From assembly GCA_964016885.1 (NCBI GenBank), contig OZ024741.1:129394001-129458000 (forward strand): DNA of 64,000 nt, read 5' to 3'. The position numbers and the translations under genes were made by a program. The notes below the pieces were generated by a model that made no database searches, was not told the origin of the DNA, and saw only the letters and a list, made by a program, of their open reading frames with translations. The stretch comes from Eledone cirrhosa (taxonomy: Eukaryota). Below, one piece after another: positions 11,506-24,370 of this stretch. The first letter of the stretch is position 1, and each line of letters starts with the position of its first letter.

Positions 11506-11716
11506 GTGAAATTAGAAATAGCACAGAAAATATATTTAAGGGTCTGTTTTTCTTTTTTTCTTCCTTTCTATGATTCGTTAAAATGACATTATTGAAAACA
11601 TGAGAGGGACAATTCCATTTTTTTTAATAATAAAGTCACTTTGACGATTCAAAGAAAGAAAAAAAAAAAAAAATAGACCCTTAAATATACTTTCTGTGCT
11701 ATTTCCAATTTCACCT
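11506..11716. repeat. Imperfect ~210-bp foldback
   Basis: GGTGAAATTAGAAATAGCACAGAAAATATATTTAAGGGTCT pairs with AGACCCTTAAATATACTTTCTGTGCTATTTCCAATTTCACC; the inner part is also complementary. Confidence 0.8.
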
Positions 11717-11758
11717 TTTCTCTATAACCAGTTTTGTATAGAACCTTACTTCCCTTTT

Positions 11759-11793
<35 letters not shown>

Positions 11794-11799
11794 TATATC

Positions 11800-11985
11800 A
11801 TTGGATTGGCCGTATCGGTAGAGGGTCTGACGCCATGCTTTGCAGCAAAGAGTTACGGCCCTTTATGGTCTGAGTTCAAATCCCGCCGAGGTTAATTTTG
11901 CCTTTCATCCTTACGGAGTCGATAAAATAAAGTACCAGTAATACACTGGGATAATTGCTGGCCTTGTGCCAAAAGTAGAAACATT
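11800..11985 (+). mobile_element. tRNA-derived SINE
   Basis: Full consensus match with A-box-like TGGCCGTATCGG and B-box GAGTTCAAATCC. Confidence 0.88.
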
Positions 11986-12847
11986 ATATATATATATGTA
12001 TGTATATGTGAATGTAGTAAAAGTATGCGTGGTTAGGAGGAAGTACTCAACCTTGTGTGAGAGTGCTGATGTATTATTTATATATGTTCATACACAGAGC
12101 AAGTAATGCTCTACCTTTGGTTGCACCACCATATAGAGTCAGCAGGAATGGTCATAAGTGGACCTTAAAACCTAAGGTAGCGCATTACTTGTCTGTGTAT
12201 TAACATCGATATTATATATATCTTCTTCGTCCCTAAAGGTCTTTACCCGACTTTTATAAGTTATTTTATAGCAACTGACTGTAATTGCAGTTATTTTCTG
12301 CGCTTGAGCATCCTACATCTTATATATATATATATGTATATATATATGTGGGAAAAGGGGAGAGAGTGTAGTGTAGTTAAAACGAAGTATTGTGAGATAT
12401 GTAATAAAAGACCGATACATTTTTATTTTAAAGCCGGTTCAATGCGGTAGAAAATACGAAGGACATATGATGACAAATGAAACAAAACAAATCAAACTGA
12501 TGTTTTACTCAGTGTATTTTAGCCTGATATTTCGGGGCTATTGCCCTCTTTTCAAATATAAAGCTGAAGCAGTCCAAGACAAAGCAAACGAGTGAAAATG
12601 AAGCTAAAAAAAAAGAAAGAAAAGGAAAAACGAAAAAGAAAATAATTCAGTAAACGAGTTAACTTCTAATATACCCAACTATACAGGTTATCACAACTTA
12701 ACAGTTCACAAAATACTTCTGCTTTAGATTTAATCCAGTTTAGGGTTAAATGAATATTGAAGTTTGAAAAGCTTGTTTATGTTAATATGGTACTCATGTG
12801 AACATTTGGTACGATATGGTATGGTCCCGTATCTCCTGATGGAGTCG

Positions 12848-13478
12848 TGTAGCGAAATCTGTCCACACCTTGACTCCTGGGTGACATTTACCGGTCATTT
12901 TCTGGGTTATCTCTTTTTGGGCGTCAACCGGTCTGAGAGTGGATGACCTCTAAAGGTCAGCCCTTTGTTCTCAAGTCCTGAGACAGAGGAAGCGACATGG
13001 ATAAATAACCTGCCTTAGATGAGCCCAGTAGCAGACCGGAGCGGTTCTTGATAGAGTAAACATGTAAACTATTGCTTTCTACAGACCCCTTAGGTGTCTT
13101 ACAGACTCTTACTCTCTCCATTTCACTCAATCTCTATCTCTTGGTCTCTCTCTTAACCGAGCCAGTGAAGTTCATGAAGTTTTCTTGGTAAATACATTTA
13201 ATTCTACTTTTACAAACAGAAAATAACGTACATAATTCTTTGGTGTCATCCTGGTTCACTTATATATATTCATTTTCTACGTGATCAAGGAACTAACATA
13301 TCATCATTATCTTATTGAACACTTACTCACTTACCTGCTCACATGCAACTGCTGGTCACACTGTATCACACAACAGTAACCACACAACACAACAAGCTAT
13401 AAGTGAGCACGCATGCAACAAACGAATCAACATCACAACACAGTCAACTACCAACCCGGCCCACAAATCATCTCTATA
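12848..13478. mobile_element. Solo LTR-like element (longer copy)
   Basis: Starts TGTAGCGAAATC and aligns to 210-611 with ~190 extra bp; possible 4-bp TSD GTCG/ATCG. Confidence 0.6.
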
Positions 13479-13599
13479 ATCGTAGGGACGCCGTAGTGGC
13501 ATACGGCGTTTCTTGGACCTTTTTAAGACCCTCTCCAGGACTGAACGCAGCAGATTTCTTCCAAAGTAGGATAGAGAGTAAGAAAGTGGAAGGGAGAAA

Positions 13600-13762
13600 G
13601 AAATATTGAGGAAGAATCGACCCCAATATTAAATTGATACTTTGTTTTATCGACCTCGACGAAAGGATGAAAGGTAAAGTTGACCTCGGTGGGATTTGAA
13701 CTGAGAGAGCAGTGAGCCGGAACGAATACGGACGTTCTAATAACTCTGCCAATTTGCCGCCT
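13600..13762 (-). mobile_element. SINE (variant tail, 13480-13620 shared with 25790-25965)
   Basis: SINE core in reverse orientation. Confidence 0.75.
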
Positions 13763-13854
13763 GTGGAAATATACTAGATGACAATTCAAAATGGAGGAGT
13801 AAATGATGAAACCTGAGGCTGTAAAGGGAGGAATGAAACCTGGGACTCTCATGA

Positions 13855-14035
13855 CCATTGTTGTCCATGAACAATGTACACTGTTCAGGCAGCCATTTTA
13901 TGCAAATTAGCTAGCAACTTACCTCGTCTATAAATCATTACTATTGACTCACTATTGTAACATACAGTGCCAATGTATTGGGTTTGGTTTATGGCCATTG
14001 AAATGCTATCGATCTGGTTGCTAAGCAACATCTGT
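13855..14035 (-). promoter_or_regulatory. Candidate promoter/upstream exon with RFX X-box, octamer and YY1-like motifs
   Basis: Palindromic GTTGCTAAGCAAC (14017-14029), GCCATTTT-ATGCAAAT-CTAGCAAC cluster (13892-13918), minus-strand donor GAG|GTAAGT at 13923/13922, all in non-repetitive sequence. Confidence 0.35.
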
Positions 14036-14559
14036 CAGTGATATGATAGAAAAGGTTCGATAATGTTGTTGTTGTTTTGTTTTTTGTTCGTTTTATTTTT
14101 AAAAATTTTGTTTACCTGTTTTTGTGTTTTATTTTTTGCACTTGATGCTGTTGTTTTTTGTTATTTTGTTTTTTTTTTCTTCTGTATCTGTGTGTATGTG
14201 TGTGTGTGTGTGTATGTGTGTGAATATAATAAAAAAGCAAACAACAGCAACAACGGCAACAACAACAACAACGAAAATGAAAACAAGATTCATTTTGAGA
14301 CAATTGATTGTATTAATTGTTAATAATGTAGGTAAACACGTACCCCCCCCCCCCACACACACAGACACACACACACATAGACAGACACACAGACAGACAG
14401 ACAGACAAACACACACACACATGCTCCCACACACACACACACGCAAATGCACAATCCTATACACACATGCACGGACACATATATTTCAGTTGTTTCCTTT
14501 GTCTCTGTTCCTGGTGTTGCTTTTGAATAATATTCATACATAGATACACATCAGCTTCA

Positions 14560-14810
14560 TATCCATCATTATTGGAGCTACAGGTTATATACCAACCCGC
14601 TTGGACCAAAGTACAACTGAACTTGAATTTGTGGACAAAGACCGCAGCTCCCTAATTCATAGACTACAAATGGCTGCGATAGCTGGCACATTCAAAATTT
14701 GCAAAACATTCTTACGATTCAAGGGAGGACAATTTCTTTTCTTTTACAACCTTGCCACCAGGAAGGTGGCCGGTCAAAAATGTACTCGAAATTAAGAGAA
14801 AGAGAAACAC
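14560..14810 (+). mobile_element. 3' end of an RLE-type non-LTR retrotransposon (R4/Dong-like)
   Basis: Encodes IIIGATGYIPTRL...LIHRLQMAAIAGTFKICKTFLRF, a typical C-terminus of this group; lies between microsatellites. Confidence 0.6.
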
Positions 14811-14873
14811 ACGCACACATACATGCACATACATACATACATACATACATACATACATACATACATACATACA

Positions 14874-14904
<31 letters not shown>

Positions 14905-15099
14905 CAGTCCCAGATACCATAATTAGAGTCATAGAAAACATAACTTTGTCATGGGTCACTAATCTTAAGTTAATTACAGGGAAGAACTATACTTCATTGA
15001 TAGAATATAGAATCGCAGGAGTATATTCCAAGGCTACATTCTGTCTGTGATACTACTTATGCTATCAGTAAACTCCTGGTCCTTTACGTTGAGAAAATA

Positions 15100-16342
15100 C
15101 AGAGTTACTCAGTTCTTTCAGAATACGTATTTTAATAAATAGCTCTAACTTTTTTCTAACTTGTTCTGACTATCATTTCTTTTCAGATAAATGATGTAAG
15201 CCACCAAGCTAATACATCAAAGGAAAAGGTAGTTTGTAATCCCTACCTTAAAGGCGTAGCTTAGTGATTTAGAGATTGCTCGCTTCCAGAAAGATACAGG
15301 GTCGTTTGTTGTCAAAGGTGGCAAAGAGTTGGAAGCCGATGAAACTGATTTTACAGCAGTAGCCAAATATAAAACACCTACCAAGAGTCCTAATACCACA
15401 AAAAACACCCAAATTTGTGCATAAGGTATATAAAATTATCAATAAGAACAATAGAAAATCAATTAGCACCATTGCTAAGGAGCTCAAGGTTTCAAGACAC
15501 ACTGTCAGAAGCATTGTACATGAAGACTTTCGATACAAGTCATTGGTAATGCGGAGGGGCCAATTTATGTCTGCAAAGACGAAAGATAACTGTCAGATCT
15601 GCGCAAAACATTTATTGGGTAAGTTAAAACATCAAGAACTTGGAATCCTTTGGTTTTTCTCTCATGAGAAAAACTTTGATCGGGACGAAGGGTCAAGGAA
15701 CGACAAGTGGTTATGCAGAGGCCCTAAAGATTTCTAACAGTATGTATACAAAGTATCCGGCAATTGTGATAGCTCTGGGAGTCGTGAGCAACGAGGCAGA
15801 TGTCATACCTTCTTACTTCTTTCTTCAGGGCTTAAGGGTCAATGTTATTGACTATAATGAGGTATTGCAGCGAGTTGTGAGGTTTGGATATGGAGTATGA
15901 GCAAAGGAAGACCGTACATCTAATAAGATTGCATCGTCTCACAAGGCCAAGACGACCCAAGAATGGATGAGTTGCAATCTAAACTATAACGTCACTCCAA
16001 CCACGTGGCCTCCTTACTCTCAGATTGGAATTCGATGGACTACTACGTATGAGGCGTAGTTGGCAGGGAAGTCAATCAATGCCCCCTATAACACCATAAC
16101 ATCTCTGAAGTCCACCATAACTAGCACAATATCTAAAATAGATAAAGATCATCTGATTCGGGCATGTCAACATTTCAGACCTCGTATTGAAATAATCATC
16201 GATGCTAACGGCGGATTTATTGAGTAGATGTATCAAAAAGACTCTCAAAATTATTCATGCCAATTTTTTTTTTCCAAATAAGGTGATTTGTGCGCCTTTT
16301 ATTAAATTCATGCAAATGTCCTCAAAGAACTGAGCAACTCTG
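15100..16342 (+). mobile_element. Full-length decayed Tc1/mariner transposon, probably DD37D (maT)
   Basis: TIRs CAGAGTTACTCAGTTCTTT / AAAGAACTGAGCAACTCTG with TA on both sides. Fragments SISTIAKELKVSRHTV, FFSHEKNF and WPPYS..DWNSMDYY; about 37 residues between D2 and D3 after frameshift repair. Confidence 0.88.
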
Positions 16343-16995
16343 TATGAAGGGCACGTAATTGATTCAACGCTAGCCTAACTCATAACTTCTTTGTGGTCGA
16401 TCTGAAAGCGTATGCCTAAAACATAAATGGTATGGAGAAAAATCTTGACCGGATCATGATATTCTCCTTTCTGCTAATGTTTAACACTGTAGTGATATCT
16501 GCTGGACAGCTAAATACCGGTACGAGAACTAGGATAATGCACACATAGCTGTAGAATGCTCAGTCACGTACACGTTAATTTCATAAGCTGGCTGTCTCGT
16601 TGGTCGAACAACTGGAACACTCATTGTTGGAAGAGACGGAATGAATTTTTTTAATTTTTATTATATGTGTGTTGGATCCCCGTCTGTTGCGACAGTGAGT
16701 GTTCCGGTTAATTTGATCAACAGAACAACTTGCTCGAGAAATTAACGTGTAGGTAGTTGAACATTTCTCAAATCCTTAACATAATTCCCAGGGAGATTCA
16801 GTGTGACACAGGGTATGACAAAGATGGCCCCTTTGAATTACAGGTATAACTCATTTGTGCCAGCTGAATAGACGGCAACAACGCCGGGGCCAGACTTACA
16901 TCCACTGAGGCCTTAAGCTGTAAGAAATTTGAGGCCCTTCTCTAAAACAATGTAATTATTATCTTTTATATTTATGTTAATGATAAAGAATAAAG

Positions 16996-17046
<51 letters not shown>

Positions 17047-17834
17047 ATGTGTGTATAAAGAAGAAAGACTGTTTTAAATGTATATCCTCTGTTTATTATA
17101 TAGTCGGTGTATTGTGTGATCAACCAACCTTCTTCACTTGAATAATATATATATATGAAACGCTGTAGGGGATTCATTCTGTCATTACGATAATAGAAGT
17201 TGGATGAGCTTTTGATTGCAGAGTCGGGCCCTATCGATACAGATCAAACCTTGAGCTGACCAATCGCAAAACACGCGTCACACCTCAATAAATGTAATGA
17301 AAGTTTAACATTTCGTCCATATTATATATATATATATATATATATATGCGATTTTTGATGATAGTGTTAAATAACACAGCGGGAATCGAACTCACGACGT
17401 TATGATCGTGAGAGGGATACCCGAACTAATAAGTTATTAACGTTTTAAGTTACACAAAGACTTTATAAACACCCTGTGTAAACATCCACCAGATATGTGA
17501 TTATAATAATTGAGTCCATCTTCCTTCACAGAAGACCAACTGGACAGTGATCAGCAATTAAACAGTCAGTTACTTTCAATTTACTTCGTTCGTTTGTTTT
17601 TGGTTTGTTTTGTTTTGGTTTCTTTCTTTGTTTTAGCAAACAATACGGATTAGACAAACAGACAGACAGACGGATACAACTGGCTGTTAATGGACACTGT
17701 AAATCTGAATCTGACCGATAAAAGTGGATAAACTGTTGGTTAGTTCGATAAGTGCTAAATGATGGACTAAAACTAAACGAGGTTTTATCTACACCATACA
17801 ATCAAACATATGTACACACACAGAGACACATAAA

Positions 17835-17907
<73 letters not shown>

Positions 17908-18740
17908 TATAGGGTAAAATGACAGGAGGCTGGACAGGTTGTATTCCTTTAGATTTTATTATTGCAAACACTATGCACATTTCAGTGGCCACGTTATGTA
18001 TGAACCCGGTGATATCATCAGGTGTATAATTGCATAATAGTTAGGAAGAAACAGAGAAAGAAACAACGAGAATGAAAAGTGTTTTTTGTTTTTGACTCAG
18101 GTAATGCCCTGGGCGGATTCACTGGGTGGTCACTCTGTGGTGTTATTTTCTTATGTAGACAGGAGTTCACTGTTTATTTGCTACCTCATCTGACAATATT
18201 GGACCCCCCCCCCCCAAAAAAAAAAATGCGGTGTAGATAGTGTCGGGTTACAGAGAAGGGATTCTTAGGGGTTCAGTCTCAAGTTAATAGAAAATTACGG
18301 GGTGAAATAAGTACATAACAGGAAAAGAAAAGTTTGAGGGTTTATAACCTAAGGGAAATTTAGGGTTAAAAATTTAGGGAACTAAGGTTTATTTTAAGAA
18401 TTAAGGAGTTAAATTAAAAAAAATATATATATGTATTTTTAACCCTAAACTCCCCTTAGGGACAAAGAAAGAAAACTACAGACAAAAATGTAAACTTTTC
18501 TCCCTATGTATGTAAAAACAATTTTCCTCCCATATTTTTCTTGTTCTTATTAATATGCAATTTAATTGCGTCGTGTGAAAAAGAGTATAAGCTGGAACCG
18601 GTACAAATAATGCGGAAATTCCTATTTTGTAATTAAATGTTTTGATGTAATTCTGAGAAAAAATCCCTTTAGCATTTTCTAGTGCTTTTTTCTTTTTTAT
18701 TATTTTTTATACATATCAACCCGTGTGTCATTTCTCTATA

Positions 18741-18835
<95 letters not shown>

Positions 18836-18838
<3 letters not shown>

Positions 18839-19075
18839 AGTAAGTATGTTTTGAAACAGTGAGCAGGTTTGAAATTAGAAAATAGAATAGCTTTCACCGT
18901 ATTTTTCAACTAAAGAAATTTTAGTCTGATAATGGGGTTTAGAACCCTCAGATAAATGGAAAAAGATGAGTATTGACGTACATGTACGTCAATACTCATC
19001 TTTTTCCATTTATCTGAGGGTTCTAAACCCTATTATCAGACTAAAATTTCTTTAGTTGAAAAATACGGTGAAAGC

Positions 19076-19080
<5 letters not shown>
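18836..19080. mobile_element. Foldback element in (TA)n; family also at 32798-33030 and 34480-34680
   Basis: Near-perfect spacerless palindrome centred on GACGTACATGTACGTC (~18983). Confidence 0.85.
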
Positions 19081-19126
<46 letters not shown>

Positions 19127-19129
<3 letters not shown>

Positions 19130-19930
19130 ATAATAATGAATTTGAAGACTAAAATCCAAAGAGAGCTCGATAAGGATAAATATATTTCAAATATATAAGA
19201 ACCGTAGAGTAAATATTTATTAAAATAACAGATTAAAGTTTAAGCAAAGAATCGCTGCTTTCACCCTTAACGGGATCTTCTGAAACTAACAAAGTCAATC
19301 TGTGAACGCAGAAGTGAATATTTCAAAAAACGTTGCAACCGGAGGAAGACAGAAAGACGATACTTTGGTTCGTGGAAACGTTCCCTGGCAAAGAACGGGA
19401 AAAAACAAAAATAATACGTCATTATTTGGAGCGGTGAAAAACAATTACACGCAAAGACAGAACCACGTTTATGGTATAAAAGAAGTCGTAGACTAATATT
19501 CTCTTAGGTGGTTCATAGAGACGTTCTCTGGCAATGAACGGAAAAACGAAGATAATACGTCATATGTGGATAGTGGAGAACAATTGCACGCAAAGACAAA
19601 ACCACGTAAATGGTATAACTGAAGTCGTAGACTAAAATTCTAGCTAGGAGACCGAATGATTCTCCGCTTCAGAGTTAAGAATAAAGTAAATAAAATACAG
19701 AGGTAATTGAAATTAAATAAATATATACACGCATCCATATACGTACATACACAAGCATACGCGAAAACACTCGCCATGGGTATACAAAACCACGCACATA
19801 TAAATATGTTGCAACGTTTTTTGAAATATTCACTTCTGCGTTCACAGATTGACTTTGTTAGTTTCAAGATCCCGTTAAGGGTGAAAGCAGCGATTCTTTG
19901 CTTAAACTTTAATCTTTTATTTTTTAATAA

Positions 19931-19935
<5 letters not shown>
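19127..19935. mobile_element. PLE-type element with ~120-bp inverted arms and an internal ~140-bp tandem duplication, in (TA)n
   Basis: 19220-19338 is the reverse complement of 19808-19925; 19368-19508 resembles 19509-19648. Related pieces lie at 60780-60890, 62730-62865 and 63950-64000. Confidence 0.8.
19237..19287 (-). ncRNA. Type I hammerhead ribozyme, CAGAAGA (U4A) core variant
   Basis: AGTTT-CAGAAGA-TCCCgttaaGGGT-GAAA-GCAgcgattcttTGC-TT-AAACT. Confidence 0.7.
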
Positions 19936-20014
<79 letters not shown>

Positions 20015-20023
<9 letters not shown>

Positions 20024-20724
20024 GGATACTATTTATAGTTATGTATATACTATATACAACTATAAACAGGTAAGGTCAGTAATTTATTACTACCTTATTA
20101 CCAGTAAGATAAATAGCTCAATGTAAGAACATCATTTGTTATACAGAGCAGTAATATAGAATACACAAGAATCAAAGCTATGTTAGAACATTTAATTGCT
20201 GACAATTGTTTCTTTGTATTTGTGTATAACAAACACTCAACACAAATACATCGTGACATATGTAATGGATGTGAAACCTGGAACTTTCTTATTCTACACA
20301 CACACACATATTCGATCTACACTGAAAATATCTCAGCATTGCAACCACCATAATATATTAACACACCTGCTTTATGTGCTTGTATTTTTTATGCAACACC
20401 CAGCATTCAAATCTGCTTGATATTTTTGCCTGTTCAATTGCTTTATGTATGACTAACGCACGTACTGTCTCTTTAATTTTATTTATGTACTAGACGCTCT
20501 TGTATTATCTGTCTCATGCTCCACCAAAAGTTTTTAATTGTAATTTTGAATCTTACCCATCACACACTGTTGTCCATAATATGTATCTGTATGACTCTTC
20601 GGCAGAATAGGAGGCTGATTATATGTAAAAACATTATTAACAATGCTCCGAAGACTCCAAGCCTAGACTTGGATGAAACAATTGTCAGCAATTAAATGTT
20701 CTAACATAGCTTTGATTCTTGTGT

Positions 20725-20730
<6 letters not shown>
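20015..20730. mobile_element. PLE pLTR-type element with inverted arm, in (TA)n
   Basis: 20157-20212 is the reverse complement of 20675-20730; homologous to 35300-35630 and 55425-56310. Confidence 0.8.
20644..20690 (+). ncRNA. Minimal type I hammerhead ribozyme, CCGAAGA core
   Basis: TGCT-CCGAAGA-cTCCAAG cctaga CTTGGAt-GAAA-CAATTG-TC-AGCA; palindromic stem III ACAATTGT. Confidence 0.82.
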
Positions 20731-20771
<41 letters not shown>

Positions 20772-20775
<4 letters not shown>

Positions 20776-21270
20776 TAGATTGAGTTAGAAACTTAAAATA
20801 GTCTTTTACAATTAAATAGTCGAAGGAAGGGAATCTTTCCGAGCCGTGTAATACAATTGAATATATGAGAGAGATAAACACAGATATAAGTATACATGTG
20901 TTCGAATTGCATATGACCAAGTTAGCTAGGTTGAAAAAATACTAATTTAAAACAATATGTTTGCATGTATCGATTTAAAGTAATAAATCAATAAAAATAA
21001 CAAACCTATATCGGGCAACTGCCTTTGATACCCGGACAGATTTAAATCTGTTTTGCAAGAATTATTAAGTGAAAGCCACCATTCCTGTGCTCTTCTGCGG
21101 GTATTCAGGAAATTCGTACCTTTCACTTCAAAAGATCTAAGAAGACTGAACTATGTGTTGATATAAAAGCACATGTTGCAGCGCCTAGCGCGTCTCATAC
21201 TCATGCCGCTAAAAATAGCAGCCGGTTTTATGAGACTAAAGTTAGCTCTACTTATGGAGTATATATATAG
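20772..21270 (-). mobile_element. Diverged copy of the 711-1779 family
   Basis: Shared blocks (TTCCGAGCCGTGTAAT, TGTATCGATTTAAA, TCTCATACTCATG) in the same order. Confidence 0.75.
21028..21104 (-). ncRNA. Hammerhead ribozyme relic (CAGAAGA core, GAAA mutated to AAAA)
   Basis: ATACCCG-CAGAAGA-GCA...TGC-AAAA-CAGATTTAAATCTG-TC-CGGGTAT. Confidence 0.7.
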
Positions 21271-21665
21271 GAGTAGAACTGTTTTATTCGGATAAAATCA
21301 TGATGATTTCATACGAGTGAATCAGTTCTAGTCCTGTAGAAGTCATTTCTATATAAAATAAAGATACCAACGCATTGACTACCTTCATCATTTGGGGGCC
21401 TCCGGGTCTAGAGCAGGGTGAGGGTGGGGGGATTGTCACTAAAGCGAAGTAGTACTTACTCCAAGTATTTGCAACAGAGTTTACTCTATAAACTGCGTCC
21501 AAGGACAAGGTGGGTGTGTTAAACCCAGTCAATGGATTCACTCCTTTAGTAGGTTGTGGAATAACTGATAAATAATTTATTGTACTAATATATAGTTAAA
21601 AGCAAATTGAATAGTCACACACACACGCACATACACGCACACATACACGCACACATACACGACAC

Positions 21666-21747
<82 letters not shown>

Positions 21748-21869
21748 CATGAACATTGGAGAAACTCACATGCACACACACATGCACAAACACGAACACA
21801 CATGCAAAGACATGCACACATATTTACGTTTGGGTTTTTAAAGTAGAGGAAAAGGTAGAGATCACTAGC

Positions 21870-22020
21870 TCTTTACATTCTGAGTTCAAATCCGCCGAGG
21901 TTAGCCTTGCCTTTCATCCCATTGGGGTCGATAAAATAAAGTACCAGTAATGCACTGGCGTCGATTTAATCGACATTCCCTTCCCCCAAATTGCTGGCCC
22001 TGTGCCTATAGTAGAAATCA
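21870..22020 (+). mobile_element. SINE (5'-truncated); further copies at ~22875-23046, 25358-25572, 25660-25810, 26323-26490, 27280-27418
   Basis: SINE core consensus. Confidence 0.8.
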
Positions 22021-23643
22021 TTATTATTATTATAATATTATATTATTGAGATTACTCTCCATTACAACTCTGAGATATTTTTATATCAGTCACAACTATT
22101 TTAGATTTGCCATATATACTGTGTTATGTAAAGTATTATTTACAGTTATCTTATATTTTCTCCCCAAACTACCAAAACACGCATCTATTTGTATATGTAC
22201 TATAATTTATGTACATTTCATGCTTGTCACATATCGAAGTTCTTTATATCTTGGTTGATATTTGATAATAGCAGCTAAACTAATCACTACAATTTAATTG
22301 ACCAAATTTGACGCCCTTAATTCAGAAATGCTTCCACCGCCCCTGTATCTGCGAAAGTTGCCACAGAGAGTATTCTCGGATTTTGCAAAAATGATGTGCG
22401 TCAGTCTCGTGAGAAGGCCAGGCCACATTTCTCTCTCACAATACAAACACACACACACTAGTTGACTTACCCTTTAATCAATTAATGATTTACTTTTAAC
22501 TAATCACTTACATTAAGATTATAATTATCCACTTTTCGTAACCTTATACTATTAATACTTTTCACAACTCTTTATAATCTTTATATTTTTTCTCAATTTA
22601 GTTTTCTTAATTAATCATCTTTAATTTATTTACTGTAATATTTATCATTACTTTTTATAATCTTTTTATAATCTTTTATACTTTTAGAGCCCGGGGTCGG
22701 TGTAATCGACTCACCTTTCCCACAAATTGCTGGTCGTGTGTCTATATCAGAAATCACTATTATTTCTTTGACTTAGATGTCAGTGTTCGACCTGTGCTGG
22801 CTTTTGGTTTCTTATTTTAATATCACACAGCGATGGCAATATTAACAAGTTTATTGTTGGTTGGTCCAACACAGGGTGGCGGATCGGTAGAGAGTCGGAC
22901 ATCATGCTTTGCAGCAGAGAGTTACGGTCCTTTGCGATCTGAGTTCAAATCCCGCCAGTACTGTAAGCACCAGTAACGTACTGGCGTCGATTTAATCGAC
23001 TTTCTCCTCCCTCCAAAATACTGGCCTTGTGCCTATAATAGAAATCAGTGTTGATCCTACGTCGGTTCCGACGACGAATGTTCCAGTTGTATAATCAACG
23101 GAATAACCTGCTCGTAAAATTAACATAAAAGTGACTGAGCATTCCATAAACACGTGTACTACCTTTACCGTAGTTCTCAGGGAGATTCGGTGTAACAATG
23201 TAGGAAGGCTGGCCTTTCGAATTACATGAACAACTCATTTTTGCCAGCTGCGGGGACTAGAACAACATGGAATTATAATGCTTTGCTCAAAAACAAAACC
23301 GGCTGCCGGAAATCGAACTTCTGGCCCCACGATCTTGAGCCAAGTAACCTAATCACTAAGCCATGCACCTTCACAAACAACAAGTTTATACAAGTAATAC
23401 AAATCTGTATTGATCAGATATTGTTACAACAATGTGAAATGATGTTGATTACCAAACCATGTCGCTGCTTCTCTCTCTCTTTCTGTATCACACACACACA
23501 CACATATATTTGCTTCCATTCCTTTCACCTTTCATTCTTTCTAATAGTTTTTGGCCATTCTCTCTCTCTCTCCCCATTTGCTTAAGATTTTAATTAACTG
23601 CCGACTGAAGAGTGGAGATCTGTACATTTAAAATATTATCATT

Positions 23644-23706
<63 letters not shown>

Positions 23707-24370
23707 ATATATATATATATATATGGTATATACCTTCATTGCTATATGGTTACGGCAATAGTTTCATAACCACGTGGTTTCGGCTTTAGTTTCATTGTGT
23801 GGCACCATGGGAAAGTATCTTTTACTATACCCTCGGATTAAGCAAAGTCTTGTGAGTGAAATTTGGTCGAAGGATATTGCGTGGAAGTCCTTCGTTTATT
23901 TATATAAGTATTTATGTGTATGTCTGTGTCTGTGTTTACGTTTACTATTCGATTATGTCTCGTAACTTAGATGTTTGACAAAAAGTGATCGGTTAAAAGT
24001 ACTTGAGTAAACGAAGGCGGTGCTCCAGCATGGCTGCAGTCTAATGACAAACCCAATAAACTAGTAAAAGAGTAATATATTAATGAGGTAAAGGTCCAAC
24101 CGCGATCTCTACTGTTTCAGCTTGTAATATTTACAATCTTAGTCAAGCTTCTATTCCACATCAAGGCATCCCTCATTTATCTCCAAATATTTTATAATGA
24201 TAATTCATGTGTCGACGTTTTTTTCTCTAAAGCAAAAAACTACATTTTGAAAATGTTAATAAAAGTGTTCATAACAGTGGAGATCTTCAGTGTACAATAG
24301 TTATGAGACTCTGTACACATGTTACCTGAGTTACATACAATGGTCCGTGGGCTAATAGATGACTTGGAGA

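Noticed and set aside
11800-11890. tRNA gene calls at SINE heads
   Set aside because: A/B boxes are present but continue into a SINE body and tail, without a proper cloverleaf.
18340-18460. Telomere-like TTAGGG motifs
   Set aside because: Only a few scattered, degenerate copies; no array.
23600-23635. CTGAAGA hammerhead-like core
   Set aside because: No downstream GAAA/NUH or closing stem I.
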